From contig OZ242008.1 in the NCBI GenBank assembly GCA_965204735.1, forward strand, positions 3,488,001-3,552,000: a DNA stretch of 64,000 nucleotides, written 5' to 3'. The translations under genes and the position numbers were made by a program. The notes under the pieces were generated by a model. That model was not told the origin of the DNA and searched no databases. It saw only the letters and a program-made list of their open reading frames with translations. Shown here piece after piece: positions 35,844-45,469 of the stretch; position 1 is the first letter of the stretch, and the number at the start of each line of letters is the position of its first letter. The stretch is from Longimicrobiales bacterium (GTDB lineage Bacteria > Gemmatimonadota > Gemmatimonadetes > Longimicrobiales > Gaopeijiaceae).

Positions 35844-37313
35844 ATGAACTCGCCCAACCGACTTCGATCCGCCGCTCTCGCCTTCGCCCTCGCCGGCGCG
35901 GCTTCCGCTCTCTCCCCAGGGGCTTCGCCCGCCCAGTCCGTCGAGGAAGGCAAGGAGTCGGCCTTGGCCCACGCCGCCGCCCTCGACGACCTGGTCGCCG
36001 AGATCTCCATGCGCCTCTGGGAGTTCGCGGAGATCGCGCTTCGGGAGTCGCGCTCCGCCGCATACATGGCCGAGCTGCTGGAAGAGGAAGGCTTCGCCCT
36101 TGAACGGGGCGTCGCCGGGATGCCCACCGCCTTCGTCGCCTCCTGGGGCTCCGGCGCGCCCGTGCTGGGGGTGCTGGCCGAGTACGACGCCCTTCCCAAC
36201 ATCGGCAACGCCGCCGAACCCCGCCGGGCGCCCCGGGCCGACGGCCACGCCCACGGCCAGGGCTGCGGCCACAACCTCTTCGGCGCCGCATCGATCGCCG
36301 CCGCCGTCGCCGTCAAGCGCATGATGGCCGACCACGACGTGGCCGGCACCGTCCGTCTCTACGGCACGCCCGCCGAGGAGACGGTGGTGGGGAAGGTGTA
36401 CATGGCCCGGGACGGTCTCTTCGACGACTTGGACGCCGCCATCGTCTGGCACCCCGGCCAGAAGACCGCCGTCAGCAACAACCGGGCCCGGGCGCTCAAC
36501 AACTTCGAGGTCACCTTCCGCGGCCAGGCCGCCCACGGCGCCGCCGACCCTTGGAACGGCCGAAGCGCGCTGGACGCCGTGGAACTCATGAACCACGGGG
36601 TGAACATGATGCGGGAGCACGTCGAGCCCAGCGCCCGAATCCACTACGTGATGCCCAACGCCGGCGAAGTCCCCAACGTCGTCCCCGAGTACGCGAAGGC
36701 GTGGTACTACGTTCGCGACACGACCCGGGTCGCCGTCGAGGAGAACTACGCGTGGATCCTCGACATCGCCCAGGGCGCGGCCCAGATGACCCGCACCGAG
36801 CACGAAGTCTTCCTCGTGACCGGCGTGCACCCGTACACCCTCGTGCGGCCCCTGCAGGAAGCGATGCAGGCGAACCTGGAGCGCGTCGGGCCGCCGTCGT
36901 TCACCGACGAAGACCAAGCCTTCGCCCGGGAGCTGCAACGGTTCCTGGAGGTGGAGGCCACGGGGCTGAACGACACGATCGACCACTTGGCGCCCGTTCC
37001 GTCGATGGCGGACGGCGGCTCGTCGGACGTGGCCGAGGTGAGCTACATCGCGCCGACCGTCGAGTTCAGCGTGACGACGGCCGCGGAGAACGTCCCGTGG
37101 CATTCGTGGGCGACGACCGCTTCCCACGGCACGCCCGGAGCCGTCAGGGGCGCCCAGGTGGCGGCCAGGGCGCTGGCGCTCATGGGCGCGGAGCTAATGC
37201 TGGACGAGGAGTTGCTGGCCCGCGCCAAGGCCGCCCACGCCGAGGAGGTCGGAGGCAAGCCCTACAAGTCGCCCGTTCCGGCCGGGCAGGCCGTGCCGTT
37301 GCCGAAGAACTAG
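35844..37313 (+). CDS. M20 family amidohydrolase (AbgB-like), exported
   Basis: AEYDALP, GCGHNLFG, GTPAEE, GRSALDAVELM, GGSSDV; signal peptide. Confidence 0.9.
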   Translation: MNSPNRLRSAALAFALAGAASALSPGASPAQSVEEGKESALAHAAALDDLVAEISMRLWEFAEIALRESRSAAYMAELLEEEGFALERGVAGMPTAFVASWGSGAPVLGVLAEYDALPNIGNAAEPRRAPRADGHAHGQGCGHNLFGAASIAAAVAVKRMMADHDVAGTVRLYGTPAEETVVGKVYMARDGLFDDLDAAIVWHPGQKTAVSNNRARALNNFEVTFRGQAAHGAADPWNGRSALDAVELMNHGVNMMREHVEPSARIHYVMPNAGEVPNVVPEYAKAWYYVRDTTRVAVEENYAWILDIAQGAAQMTRTEHEVFLVTGVHPYTLVRPLQEAMQANLERVGPPSFTDEDQAFARELQRFLEVEATGLNDTIDHLAPVPSMADGGSSDVAEVSYIAPTVEFSVTTAAENVPWHSWATTASHGTPGAVRGAQVAARALALMGAELMLDEELLARAKAAHAEEVGGKPYKSPVPAGQAVPLPKN

Positions 37314-37609
37314 CCCGACTCGCCGTGGGCGCAGTACGCCGCCCACAAGGCGTCGAGGATCTGGGCCTGCGCCTCCTTCGCGTCGCTCGACCAGAGCCTT
37401 GCCGGATCGAACCGCTCCAGCCACGGGACCACGGCCGTGTCGATCATCTCGCGGGCCATCTCCGTGACTTCGCTGGACCGGAACCCGTCCCCCGGCGCGT
37501 CGCTGTACGCCGCCGCCACGCAGCGCTTGCGGACGTGCACGTAGAACACCCGAAGTCCCCCGTGCATCGTCTCCGCCGGCGAGAAGCTCACGCCCAGGTA
37601 CCGCGCCAT
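37310..37609 (-). CDS. Hypothetical protein
   Basis: 99-aa ORF with genome-like codon usage between two genes; start uncertain. Confidence 0.5.
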   Translation of the reverse strand: MARYLGVSFSPAETMHGGLRVFYVHVRKRCVAAAYSDAPGDGFRSSEVTEMAREMIDTAVVPWLERFDPARLWSSDAKEAQAQILDALWAAYCAHGESG

Positions 37610-37670
37610 CAGCTCCACCGTCGGTCTCCCCCGGCCGCGCCTCCGCTCCCGTCGTCGCTGCCGCCCGCCT

Positions 37671-38534
37671 TCATGCCTTTCGCCTCGTGGTCGCGTTCCC
37701 GTCCGTGCCGTCGTCCGCCTCCCCCAGCCTTCCCACGATCTCGCGCAACCGCAGCCATTGTTGGTAGAAGAGGGGCAGCATGGCAACGGACTCCATGAAC
37801 TGGAACACGTACATGACCACCGCCACCACGCCGCCGTACTCCACCGTGTCGGTCGCCGTTGCGCGGACGGAGTACGCCAGCAAGCCGACCATCAGCACCC
37901 AAAGGACGCCGAAGTTGGCCGCCTCCAAGTCCGACAGCTTGATGTTCCACCGCATCATCCGGCGAACGTGGCGCGCGACCCGGACCGGACTGCCGCTCTC
38001 CACGACTTCGACCCTCCGCTCGTACTCGTTGTTGTACGCCTCGTTCCAGCGCGTCGTGAACTTTCCCGTCCAGCCGTACAAGGCGACCGTGGCGCCGACC
38101 ACGATCATGCAGCCGGCGAAGATCGGCAGGCTGAGCGCCGAAAGGATCGCGACCGTCCCGACCAGTCCCAGCACGCTGCTCACCAGGGTAGGCAAGGAGT
38201 TCTCGAAGAACTCGACCACTTCCCCGAGCATCGCCAGGCGCGCGGTCTTGGTCGACGTGCCGGCCCCGGACTGACGGATCGCCAGCTCTTGGCTCGTCTT
38301 GACGTAGACCTTGGCGTAGGCGCGGGAGTCGTAGACCCGCCGGAGCACGTCCACGCCCACGGTCGCGACGCACAGCGCCACCAGCTCGACCAGGCCTCGC
38401 CACGAACCGAGGACGGCGCTGTCGACCGCTCGGCCGATGACAAGCGGAAAGAGGAGCCAGCCCACGGACTCGATCGCCACGAGGGAGACCGTGAAGGCCA
38501 AGGGCCTCCGAAAGGGCCCGAGCCCGGTGTTCAT
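37671..38534 (-). CDS. ABC transporter six-transmembrane-domain protein (no ATPase domain)
   Basis: FPLVIGRAVD, RRVYDSRAY..Y, EVVEFFE..LP, IKLSDLEA.NF, LPLFYQQW.RL. Confidence 0.85.
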   Translation of the reverse strand: MNTGLGPFRRPLAFTVSLVAIESVGWLLFPLVIGRAVDSAVLGSWRGLVELVALCVATVGVDVLRRVYDSRAYAKVYVKTSQELAIRQSGAGTSTKTARLAMLGEVVEFFENSLPTLVSSVLGLVGTVAILSALSLPIFAGCMIVVGATVALYGWTGKFTTRWNEAYNNEYERRVEVVESGSPVRVARHVRRMMRWNIKLSDLEAANFGVLWVLMVGLLAYSVRATATDTVEYGGVVAVVMYVFQFMESVAMLPLFYQQWLRLREIVGRLGEADDGTDGNATTRRKA

Positions 38535-38564
38535 GGGGCGCTGGAAGCTCCCGCTGCAGCCTCC

Positions 38565-38819
38565 CTACAGCCTCCGGCCCTCGGGGCGCTTCGCTTCGGC
38601 GCCGCCCCGCGTCTTGGGAGTCTTCGTCTCCGCAGCGGGCTCCGCCTCCTGGTCCGTCTCCACGGGATGCGCCGCCGCCGGCGACTCGACGACGGGCGCT
38701 TCCTGGTCGCTGGGGCTCACCGTCCAGATCGCCGTGCCCGCTCCCGCGATCAGCAGCAGGGAAAGGACGAGTCCCACTCCCGCGTGGGTCCTCTTCGGCC
38801 GCCGCCTCAAGTGCACCAT
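38565..38819 (-). CDS. Small single-TM protein with a Pro/Ala/Glu-rich tail
   Basis: AAGGAG RBS; basic N-terminus, one TM helix; lies downstream of a sigma54 motif. Confidence 0.55.
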   Translation of the reverse strand: MVHLRRRPKRTHAGVGLVLSLLLIAGAGTAIWTVSPSDQEAPVVESPAAAHPVETDQEAEPAAETKTPKTRGGAEAKRPEGRRL

Positions 38820-38908
38820 CTCGTCTCTCCTTCCAGCTCCATGGAATCCATGCCCTCGGCCGGAGCGAGTTCGCCGAAGCGACTCCCGCTGGCCCTGCTC
38901 GTCTTTAC

Positions 38909-38925
38909 TGCATGAAACGTGCCAA
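38909..38925 (-). promoter_or_regulatory. Sigma54 (-24/-12) promoter
   Basis: Minus strand TTGGCACGTTTCATGCA: GG-N10-GC with canonical TGGCACG. Confidence 0.65.
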
Positions 38926-39017
38926 AGTTTCGTCCGGGGGGGCTCGAGCCCCTGATTCGCTTGGAGTTCATGGGGTTGTGACGCGGCTTGGGGGCAGCTC
39001 GCTCCAGGACGGGAGAT

Positions 39018-39034
39018 CGTCCGATTGCCGGACG
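39018..39034. promoter_or_regulatory. Inverted repeat CGTCCG-N5-CGGACG, candidate enhancer-binding-protein site
   Basis: Perfect 6-bp arms about 95 bp upstream of the sigma54 motif. Confidence 0.35.
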
Positions 39035-39104
39035 CTGGCCACTTTTCAGGACAGTTGCCGTACCGAGAACGGCACGCCCGCCGGAGACGCCGCCGGACGC
39101 GCGC

Positions 39105-39186
39105 CTTCTCTCACGGACGCTCGCGGCTTCTCTCGCGGACGCTCGCCTACTCTCAGCTTCTCTCGCGGACGCCCGCCTTCTCTCAG
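39105..39186. repeat. 30-bp tandem repeat (2 copies plus a partial) abutting an IS end
   Basis: CTTCTCTCGCGGACGC(T/C)CGCCT(A/T)CTCTCAG at 39127-39156 and 39157-39186; partial copy at 39105-39124. Confidence 0.85.
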
Positions 39187-41032
39187 CTAGTGTCTGCCAG
39201 AAAATAGGGGTCTGGCGCGATCTGGCGAGTCGCCAGGCGCGCCGAGTGGCTGTGACGGGGCCTGGAAGGTGCTGGCGACCGGGTCCAGAAGAGGTTGCGT
39301 GGGCGTTTTGGAGGCGCTGCGCGAGCGATTTGGAGGCACGGATCCGCTTGATCCGGGCTGCTGGAGACTCGTGTCCGCATCCCTCCCGAGGAAGGGCGGT
39401 GGAGCCCGGTCGTCCGAGAATGCCGCGTCGTTACGCGGCCCGTCGTCGTCGCTTTCCGTTCTTGAGAGCGTTGCGCCTGATCTGGAGCGCGCGCCGCTCG
39501 CGGCGCTGGAGCAAGACGCCGAGCGTGTGCACGTTGGCGGCCACGATCGACAAGGCGACGCTCCGGGCGAAGCCCGCAGCGCCCCGGGTCCGAACCCGAG
39601 CGAGGCCGTGGTGCTGCAAGTGGTTGATCCCCGACTCGACGGACGGGTGGCGCCGCCGCGCGGCGACGAACGCGGGATCGAGTTCCCTGACCTTGGCCGC
39701 CTTGCCCAGCTTGCCCTTCTGCGGCAACACGTTGCCGTCGGGCAGCAGCGCGTCCAGGCGCGCCCGGTTGGCCGGGCTGTGGAAGCCCTTGTCGAAGCTG
39801 CACGCCCGCAAGTCCGGATACGTCGCCCGGACCGCCTCGATCAGCGGGACGGCCACATGCACGTCCTCGCCTTCCCACAACACCGACCAGCCGAGCACGA
39901 ACCGGTACTGGTCTTCGACGACGCACACCGGCACGCCCAACTCCACCGGGTTGCCCGCCTTCCCCTTCGACACCCAGCGCGTGTGCGGCTCGAACACCGA
40001 GAACACCTTCTCCGCGTGGGCGATCTTCTCGCCCTTCACCAACCGGCGCTCCACCTGGTCCACCTGCCGCAGCGCGTGGCCCAGCCAGTGCAGGATCGGC
40101 AGCATCTCGTCGCTCCCTGCGCCCGCCCGCTCCAGCCGGCGCACCGACTCGGCCGCCCGGTCGGCCAGCTTCCGGCAAAGCTCCACGTACTCCGCCACGG
40201 CGCCCGGCCACCGCTTGCGCTGCCGTGCCGTGCAGACCCGCCTGGCCAGCTGCTTCGCCTGTTGCGTCAGATGGGCGTGCTGACGCCAACCGCCGATGCC
40301 GCGACGCGCGCACGCCCGAGTCGCTTCGCGGACCATGCAGCGCACGGCGTCCATGAGCAGGCCCACGTCGGTGGGGTGTCGGACGTCGGTCTTCGCGACG
40401 AACGAGTCACACCGCCCGCGCAACGTTGCGCCAGACTTTTTTTTTACGACCCGGTGCCCCGTCTCCACCACCAGCCGGTTCACCTCCCGCAGCAGCTCCG
40501 GCGTCAGCAGACTCACGTTGTCCACCACCGTCTGGTACTGGTACTCGTGCACGTCGAAGTCGCCGTGGCCCAGCATCGCCCGCACCGTCCGATGCTGGTT
40601 CGCCAGCTCGTGCAGCCGGTCGAAGTCGCAGGCCAGACCCTGCTTCAGCACGCCCAGCACGAGGATGCGCCACAGCTCCATCCCCGGACGGCCCAGCCGA
40701 TGGTCCGACTCGGGACACACGCCGGCCTCCAGCAACGCCCACAGCTCCGGCCGCCGCTCCTCGTACAGCAGCTGCAGCCCCCTCAGCACCGCCGGGATGT
40801 CGTCGCGCGACTTGGGATCGAGATCGATCTCGCCGATCGGCACTTGGCCGAGACCGAACTGGCACTCCTGCACCTTCCGCATGGCAGCAACCCTCCGCGA
40901 AGATCCCGCCAAACAGGGCCTCGCAAGGCCCCCGAACCTCAAAAACTACTGCAACCGCCCAATCTTCGGTACCTTCACCCCCTCGAATCCCCTGTCAGTC
41001 CAACGAAAACCGACTTCTCTGGCAGACACCAG
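39187..41032 (-). mobile_element. Insertion sequence (IS5/ISNCY-like), about 1.85 kb
   Basis: Terminal inverted repeats CTAGTGTCTGCCAGAAAA and the reverse complement CTGGTGTCTGCCAGAGAA; exact ends and TSD ambiguous. Confidence 0.85.
39431..40882 (-). CDS. IS5/ISNCY-like DDE transposase
   Basis: KSRDDIP, GRPGM.LW, RCDSFV..DV.HPTD, KVFSVFEPHT.W.SKGKAG, SFDKGF, VESGINHL. Confidence 0.9.
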   Translation of the reverse strand: MRKVQECQFGLGQVPIGEIDLDPKSRDDIPAVLRGLQLLYEERRPELWALLEAGVCPESDHRLGRPGMELWRILVLGVLKQGLACDFDRLHELANQHRTVRAMLGHGDFDVHEYQYQTVVDNVSLLTPELLREVNRLVVETGHRVVKKKSGATLRGRCDSFVAKTDVRHPTDVGLLMDAVRCMVREATRACARRGIGGWRQHAHLTQQAKQLARRVCTARQRKRWPGAVAEYVELCRKLADRAAESVRRLERAGAGSDEMLPILHWLGHALRQVDQVERRLVKGEKIAHAEKVFSVFEPHTRWVSKGKAGNPVELGVPVCVVEDQYRFVLGWSVLWEGEDVHVAVPLIEAVRATYPDLRACSFDKGFHSPANRARLDALLPDGNVLPQKGKLGKAAKVRELDPAFVAARRRHPSVESGINHLQHHGLARVRTRGAAGFARSVALSIVAANVHTLGVLLQRRERRALQIRRNALKNGKRRRRAA

Positions 41033-41053
41033 CTAGGTTGAAGTCATGAGGAC

Positions 41054-42241
41054 ATGGGAGCGGAGATCATGAGGACGGGGGATCGTCGCGGGGAGCTTCT
41101 TGCCTGCGTGGTGCCTTTGCGACGGGCCGTTGCGGGGCCGGCGGCGGCGGGGGCCAGCGCCGGCGTGGTCGCCGCTTTGCTCGTCGCCGCCGGGCTTGGG
41201 GTCGTCGAGCCGACGGGCGCCCAGGCGACGGACCCGGGCCGGGCCGCTCCGGTCGCCGACGACGAGCCGGCGCGCGCTCCCGGCATCGTCGCCGTGCCCG
41301 GCATCCGGGCGGGCCACTTCACCTATGCCGACGCCGCGACGGGCTGCACGGTCGTGATCGCCGACGGGGGCGCGGTGGGGGGGGTGGACGTGCGGGGAGG
41401 CGCGCCGGGCACCGTCGAGACGGACCTGCTGAACCCGGTCGCCACGGTCCAGACGGTCAACGCGGTGCTGCTGGCCGGCGGCAGCGCCTTCGGGTTGGCC
41501 GCCCGCGACGGCGTGGTGCGCCGCCTGGAGGAGATGGGCGAGGGCTTCCGGGTCGGCGAGGGGTTGACGGTGCCCATCGTGCCGGGCGCCGTGATCTTCG
41601 ACCTGCGGGTGGCCGCGACGCGGCCCGGAGCAGAGTGCGGCTATCGGGCCGCGACGGCGGCGGACGAGGGGACGGCGCGGCTGGCCGAGGGGAGCGTGGG
41701 CGCGGGCGCGGGCGCGAGCGTCGGCAAGCTTCGGGGCATGGCCTGGGCGATGAAGGGAGGCGCCGGTACTGCCTCGATCTCGCTGGAGAGCGGGCTCGTG
41801 GTGGGTGCGGTGGTGGTGGTGAACGCCGTGGGCGACGTGGTCGATCCGCGCACCGGTCGGATCGTGGCGGGGGCTCGGGCGGAGGCGGGGGGGTTCGCCG
41901 ACGCGCGACGCATCCTCCGGGGCCAGGGACCCAGGGAGCCCGCCGGGCTGAACACGACGATCGGCGTGGTGGCCACCAACGCGCGCCTCGACCAATCCCA
42001 AGCGACCAAGGTCGCCCAGATGGCGCAGGACGGACTGGCCCGCGCCCTCGTGCCCAGCCACGCGCCGGGCGACGGCGACGCCATCTTCTCCTTGGCCACG
42101 GGGCGGCTCGCGTCGGGCTTCGACACCGGGCAGGTGGGCGCCCTCGCCGCCGAGGTCGTCGCCGAAGCGATCCTTCGGGCGGTGCGGGCCGCCACCGGTC
42201 TCCCGGGCTTGCCGGCCGTGAAGGACTTGCCCGGATCGTGA
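41054..42241 (+). CDS. P1/S58 family (DmpA-like) aminopeptidase, exported
   Basis: TGCTVV, VDVRGGAPGT.ET, GGSAFGL, GSVGAGAGA, NTTIGVVATNA, DGDAIF. Confidence 0.9.
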   Translation: MGAEIMRTGDRRGELLACVVPLRRAVAGPAAAGASAGVVAALLVAAGLGVVEPTGAQATDPGRAAPVADDEPARAPGIVAVPGIRAGHFTYADAATGCTVVIADGGAVGGVDVRGGAPGTVETDLLNPVATVQTVNAVLLAGGSAFGLAARDGVVRRLEEMGEGFRVGEGLTVPIVPGAVIFDLRVAATRPGAECGYRAATAADEGTARLAEGSVGAGAGASVGKLRGMAWAMKGGAGTASISLESGLVVGAVVVVNAVGDVVDPRTGRIVAGARAEAGGFADARRILRGQGPREPAGLNTTIGVVATNARLDQSQATKVAQMAQDGLARALVPSHAPGDGDAIFSLATGRLASGFDTGQVGALAAEVVAEAILRAVRAATGLPGLPAVKDLPGS

Positions 42242-42257
42242 AGGACTTGCTCGGTCG

Positions 42258-43652
42258 TTGAGCGCCACTCTTGCGGGACTGCTGCTGTACGTCGCGCTGA
42301 TCTCGGCGGTGGGGCTGGCGATAGGCCGGCGCGTAGCGGGCACGGCGGACTTCTTCGTCGCCGGACGGACGCTGGGGCCGGGACTTCTGCTGGCAACCCT
42401 GCTGGCAGCCAACATCGGGGCGGGCTCGACGGTGCACGCGGCCAGCTTGGGGTATCGGGACGGCGTCGCGGCGTGGTGGTGGGTCGGCTCCGCGGGCTTG
42501 GGGACGGTGGTTCTGGCGCTTTGGATCGGCCCCCGGATCTGGCGGGCGGCCAAGGCCAACTCGCTCCTCACGGTGGGCGACTACCTGGAGCACCGCTACG
42601 GCGCCACGGTGCGCGCGACGATGACGGCCCTCCTCTGGCTCGGGACGCTGGCGATCCTGGCCGCCCAGCTCATCGCCATGGCCTGGATCCTGGAAGTCGT
42701 GGCGGGAGCCCCCCGGTGGCTGGGCGCCACCGCCGGCGGCGCCGTGATGACCCTCTACTTTGTCGCAGGCGGCCTTCTGAGCTCGGCCTGGGTCAACTTG
42801 GTCCAGCTGTGCGTCCTACTGACGGGGTTCGCCGTCGCGGTGCCCTTGGCGGCGGACGGCGTGGGCGGCGTGGGCGCGTTGCTGGCGGACGCGAAGAGCC
42901 GCCCCGGCCACCTCGACTTCTTCGGCAACGGCGGCTCCGGCTGGCACTACGTGGCGCTCCTGGCGCCCGCCTTCATCGTGTCGCCGGGGATCCTTCAGAA
43001 GACCTTCGGCGCCCGGGACGAAAGAACGGTCCGCCTGGGGCTGGGGGCGTGCGCGGTCGCGCTGATGCTCTTCGCCTGCCTCCCGGTCGCCCTGGGGATC
43101 GTCGCCCGCGCGGCGGCGCCGGCCCTGGACAACCCGGAGACGGCGCTGCCGGTGATCCTCGCCCAGGGCGTGCCCGAATGGGTGGGACTGCTGGGACTGG
43201 CGGCGGTTCTTTCGGCCGAGATCAGTTCGGCGGACGCGATCCTCTTCATGCTTTCCACCTCCCTCTCCCGCGACCTGTACAAGCGCTTCGCGAACCCGGA
43301 GGCGACGGACCGGCAGGTGCTGGGCGTCGCCCGCTGGGCCGCCGTGGCAGGCGGATCGGCGGGGATTCTCCTGGCGGTGGCGTTGCCCGACTTGGCCTCG
43401 GCGCTGACGATCTTCTACTCGCTCCTGGGCGTGAGCCTCTTCGTGCCCGTCGTGGCCGGGCTGCACTCGCGGCGTCCGGGTTCGGCAGAGGCGCTGGCGG
43501 CCGCCGGGGCAGGGATCGCGGCGCTGCTCTGGACCCAGGCGGCCGGAGACCAGGGTCCATGGGACTCGATGCCGCCGACGGCGTGGGGGCTGGCCGGGGC
43601 GGCTGCCGGGTTCGGAGCGGCGTTCGCTGTGCGACGGGTGCGAAGCGCGTAG
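42258..43652 (+). CDS. Sodium:solute symporter family transporter
   Basis: DFFVAGRTLGP, AANIGAGS, SAEISSADA, multiple TM helices. Confidence 0.9.
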   Translation: MSATLAGLLLYVALISAVGLAIGRRVAGTADFFVAGRTLGPGLLLATLLAANIGAGSTVHAASLGYRDGVAAWWWVGSAGLGTVVLALWIGPRIWRAAKANSLLTVGDYLEHRYGATVRATMTALLWLGTLAILAAQLIAMAWILEVVAGAPRWLGATAGGAVMTLYFVAGGLLSSAWVNLVQLCVLLTGFAVAVPLAADGVGGVGALLADAKSRPGHLDFFGNGGSGWHYVALLAPAFIVSPGILQKTFGARDERTVRLGLGACAVALMLFACLPVALGIVARAAAPALDNPETALPVILAQGVPEWVGLLGLAAVLSAEISSADAILFMLSTSLSRDLYKRFANPEATDRQVLGVARWAAVAGGSAGILLAVALPDLASALTIFYSLLGVSLFVPVVAGLHSRRPGSAEALAAAGAGIAALLWTQAAGDQGPWDSMPPTAWGLAGAAAGFGAAFAVRRVRSA

Positions 43653-43660
43653 CTTCCTCC

Positions 43661-44677
43661 ATGCCCTCGAAGCCGTTTCCCAAGGAAATCCGAACCTGCG
43701 AGATGCACACCGGCGGAGAGCCGGTGCGGATCGTCACGGCCGGGTACCCCGAGGTTCGCGGCGCCACGATCCTCGACAAGCGGCGCTGGGCCCGGGAGCA
43801 CGTGGACCACCTGCGCCGCTTCCTGATGCTGGAGCCCCGCGGCCACGACGACATGTACGGCGTGATTCCCGTGACGCCGGACCACCCGGAGGCCGATCTG
43901 GCCGTCCTCTTCTGCCACAACGAGGGCTACTCCACCATGTGCGGACACGCCACCATCGCCGTGGCCCGGTGGGCGGTGGACAGCGGGCTGGTGGAGGCGA
44001 CGGAGCCGGTCGCGACGGTGCGGATCCAGTGTCCGTGCGGTCTGGTGGTCGCCCACGTGGACGTACGGGACGGGCGGACCGGCGGCGTGCGCTTCGAGAG
44101 CGCAGGCGCCTTCGCCGCGGCGCTGGACGCGACGGTTCACGTGCACGGCGACCGCCCGGTGCAGGTGGACGTGGGCTACGGCGGCGCCTTCTACGCGCTG
44201 CTCCCGGCCGCCCGCTTCGGTCTGGACGTGCGGACCTCGTCGGTTCGCTCGCTCGTGGAGGCGGCGTGGGCCGTCACCTGCGCGGCCAGGGCCCAGCTGG
44301 AGCTTTCCCACCCCGAGCACCCGGACCTGGGCTTCCTCTACGGCGCCATCCTGACCGACGGAACCACTGGGGCGGACCGCCCGAGCGCCAACGTCTGCGT
44401 CTTCGCCGACCGGCAGGTCGATCGGAGCCCCACGGGCAGCGGCGTGACGGCCCGCATGGCGGTCCAGAGGGCGAGGGGCCAAGTCGCCGCCGGAGAGGAA
44501 CGCCGCTTCTCCAGCCTGACGGGTTCGGTGTTCACCGGCCGCGTGCTGGAGGATGCGCGGGTGGGCGAGCACGACGCCGTCACCGTGCTGGTGGGCGGTC
44601 GGGCCCACTACACGGGGTCCGCCGTCTTTCGGGCCGAGGAGGGGGACCCGCTGGCAGGCGGGTTCTCTCTGCGCTGA
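43661..44677 (+). CDS. Proline racemase family; Cys/Thr catalytic pair typical of trans-3-hydroxy-L-proline dehydratase
   Basis: HTGGEP.R, EPRGH.DMYG, STMCGHA, DRSPTGSG. Confidence 0.88.
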   Translation: MPSKPFPKEIRTCEMHTGGEPVRIVTAGYPEVRGATILDKRRWAREHVDHLRRFLMLEPRGHDDMYGVIPVTPDHPEADLAVLFCHNEGYSTMCGHATIAVARWAVDSGLVEATEPVATVRIQCPCGLVVAHVDVRDGRTGGVRFESAGAFAAALDATVHVHGDRPVQVDVGYGGAFYALLPAARFGLDVRTSSVRSLVEAAWAVTCAARAQLELSHPEHPDLGFLYGAILTDGTTGADRPSANVCVFADRQVDRSPTGSGVTARMAVQRARGQVAAGEERRFSSLTGSVFTGRVLEDARVGEHDAVTVLVGGRAHYTGSAVFRAEEGDPLAGGFSLR

Positions 44678-44817
44678 AGCCGGGTCGAAGATCGGACTCG
44701 CTTCCGTCGGCTTGGCAGGGTAGATTCGGAGTCGACGGCCGCGTTGGCGCAGGCTCCGGCGGCGTCGCGGCAGACTCCAGCCAAGAGCGTTTCGATCCCC
44801 CGGGAGAGGTGAAGGCG

Positions 44818-45330
44818 ATGACCCGTTTCCGCTTTGCCGCTCGGCGCGTCCGTCCGCGGTTCGCCGTCGCGCTCCTCGCGACCGGGTGCGTCACCACCGC
44901 GCCCGTCTCCTACATGGGCGTCACGTCGCCGGGCAAGGAAGACGCCTTCCAATGCGCCATCGCGCAGCTCAACCTGATGGGCTACAACATCGAGGACGGC
45001 AACGCCGACATCGGCTTCGTCCGAGGGCGGAAGCAGACTTCCGGGGTCGTCGAGGAGATATTCCTGGGCAACGCCTACGTGGACCTGCTGACGGTGTCCG
45101 CCTTCGACAACCCCCAGGCGGGCACCACCCACCTGCGCGCCGTGGCGTCCCAGGTCGCCGACAAGGACATCAGCTTGATCGGCGGCGTGTCGTTGGACGA
45201 GGACCTGGAGCAGGGCGAGAGGCAGATCGAGCCTTCGGAAACCGGCAAGGCGGACGCCCAGGCGCTGCTCGCCAACTGCGGCGTGAGCCAGATCACGGGA
45301 CCGCCGCCCGACGGCGACCGGCTTCCCTAA
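44818..45330 (+). CDS. Hypothetical lipoprotein
   Basis: LLATGC lipobox; genome-like codon usage. Confidence 0.7.
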   Translation: MTRFRFAARRVRPRFAVALLATGCVTTAPVSYMGVTSPGKEDAFQCAIAQLNLMGYNIEDGNADIGFVRGRKQTSGVVEEIFLGNAYVDLLTVSAFDNPQAGTTHLRAVASQVADKDISLIGGVSLDEDLEQGERQIEPSETGKADAQALLANCGVSQITGPPPDGDRLP

Positions 45331-45469
45331 AGGCGCCGGAGGCGGAGTTCGACGTCGCCGAGGCGGTGGAGGCGGAAGGCTTCGGGTCGAGGGCGCCGGG
45401 CCGCGGGCGCTCCGGCCGACGCGGGCGCACCTCCCTGAATTGCACGTTTCGGAGGCGGCCGGCATCGGC

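Noticed and set aside
33027..37127. 1366-aa fused ORF
   Set aside because: Only 33027-34472 is hydrolase-like; the rest is an off-frame or antisense shadow of the NHL and M20 genes
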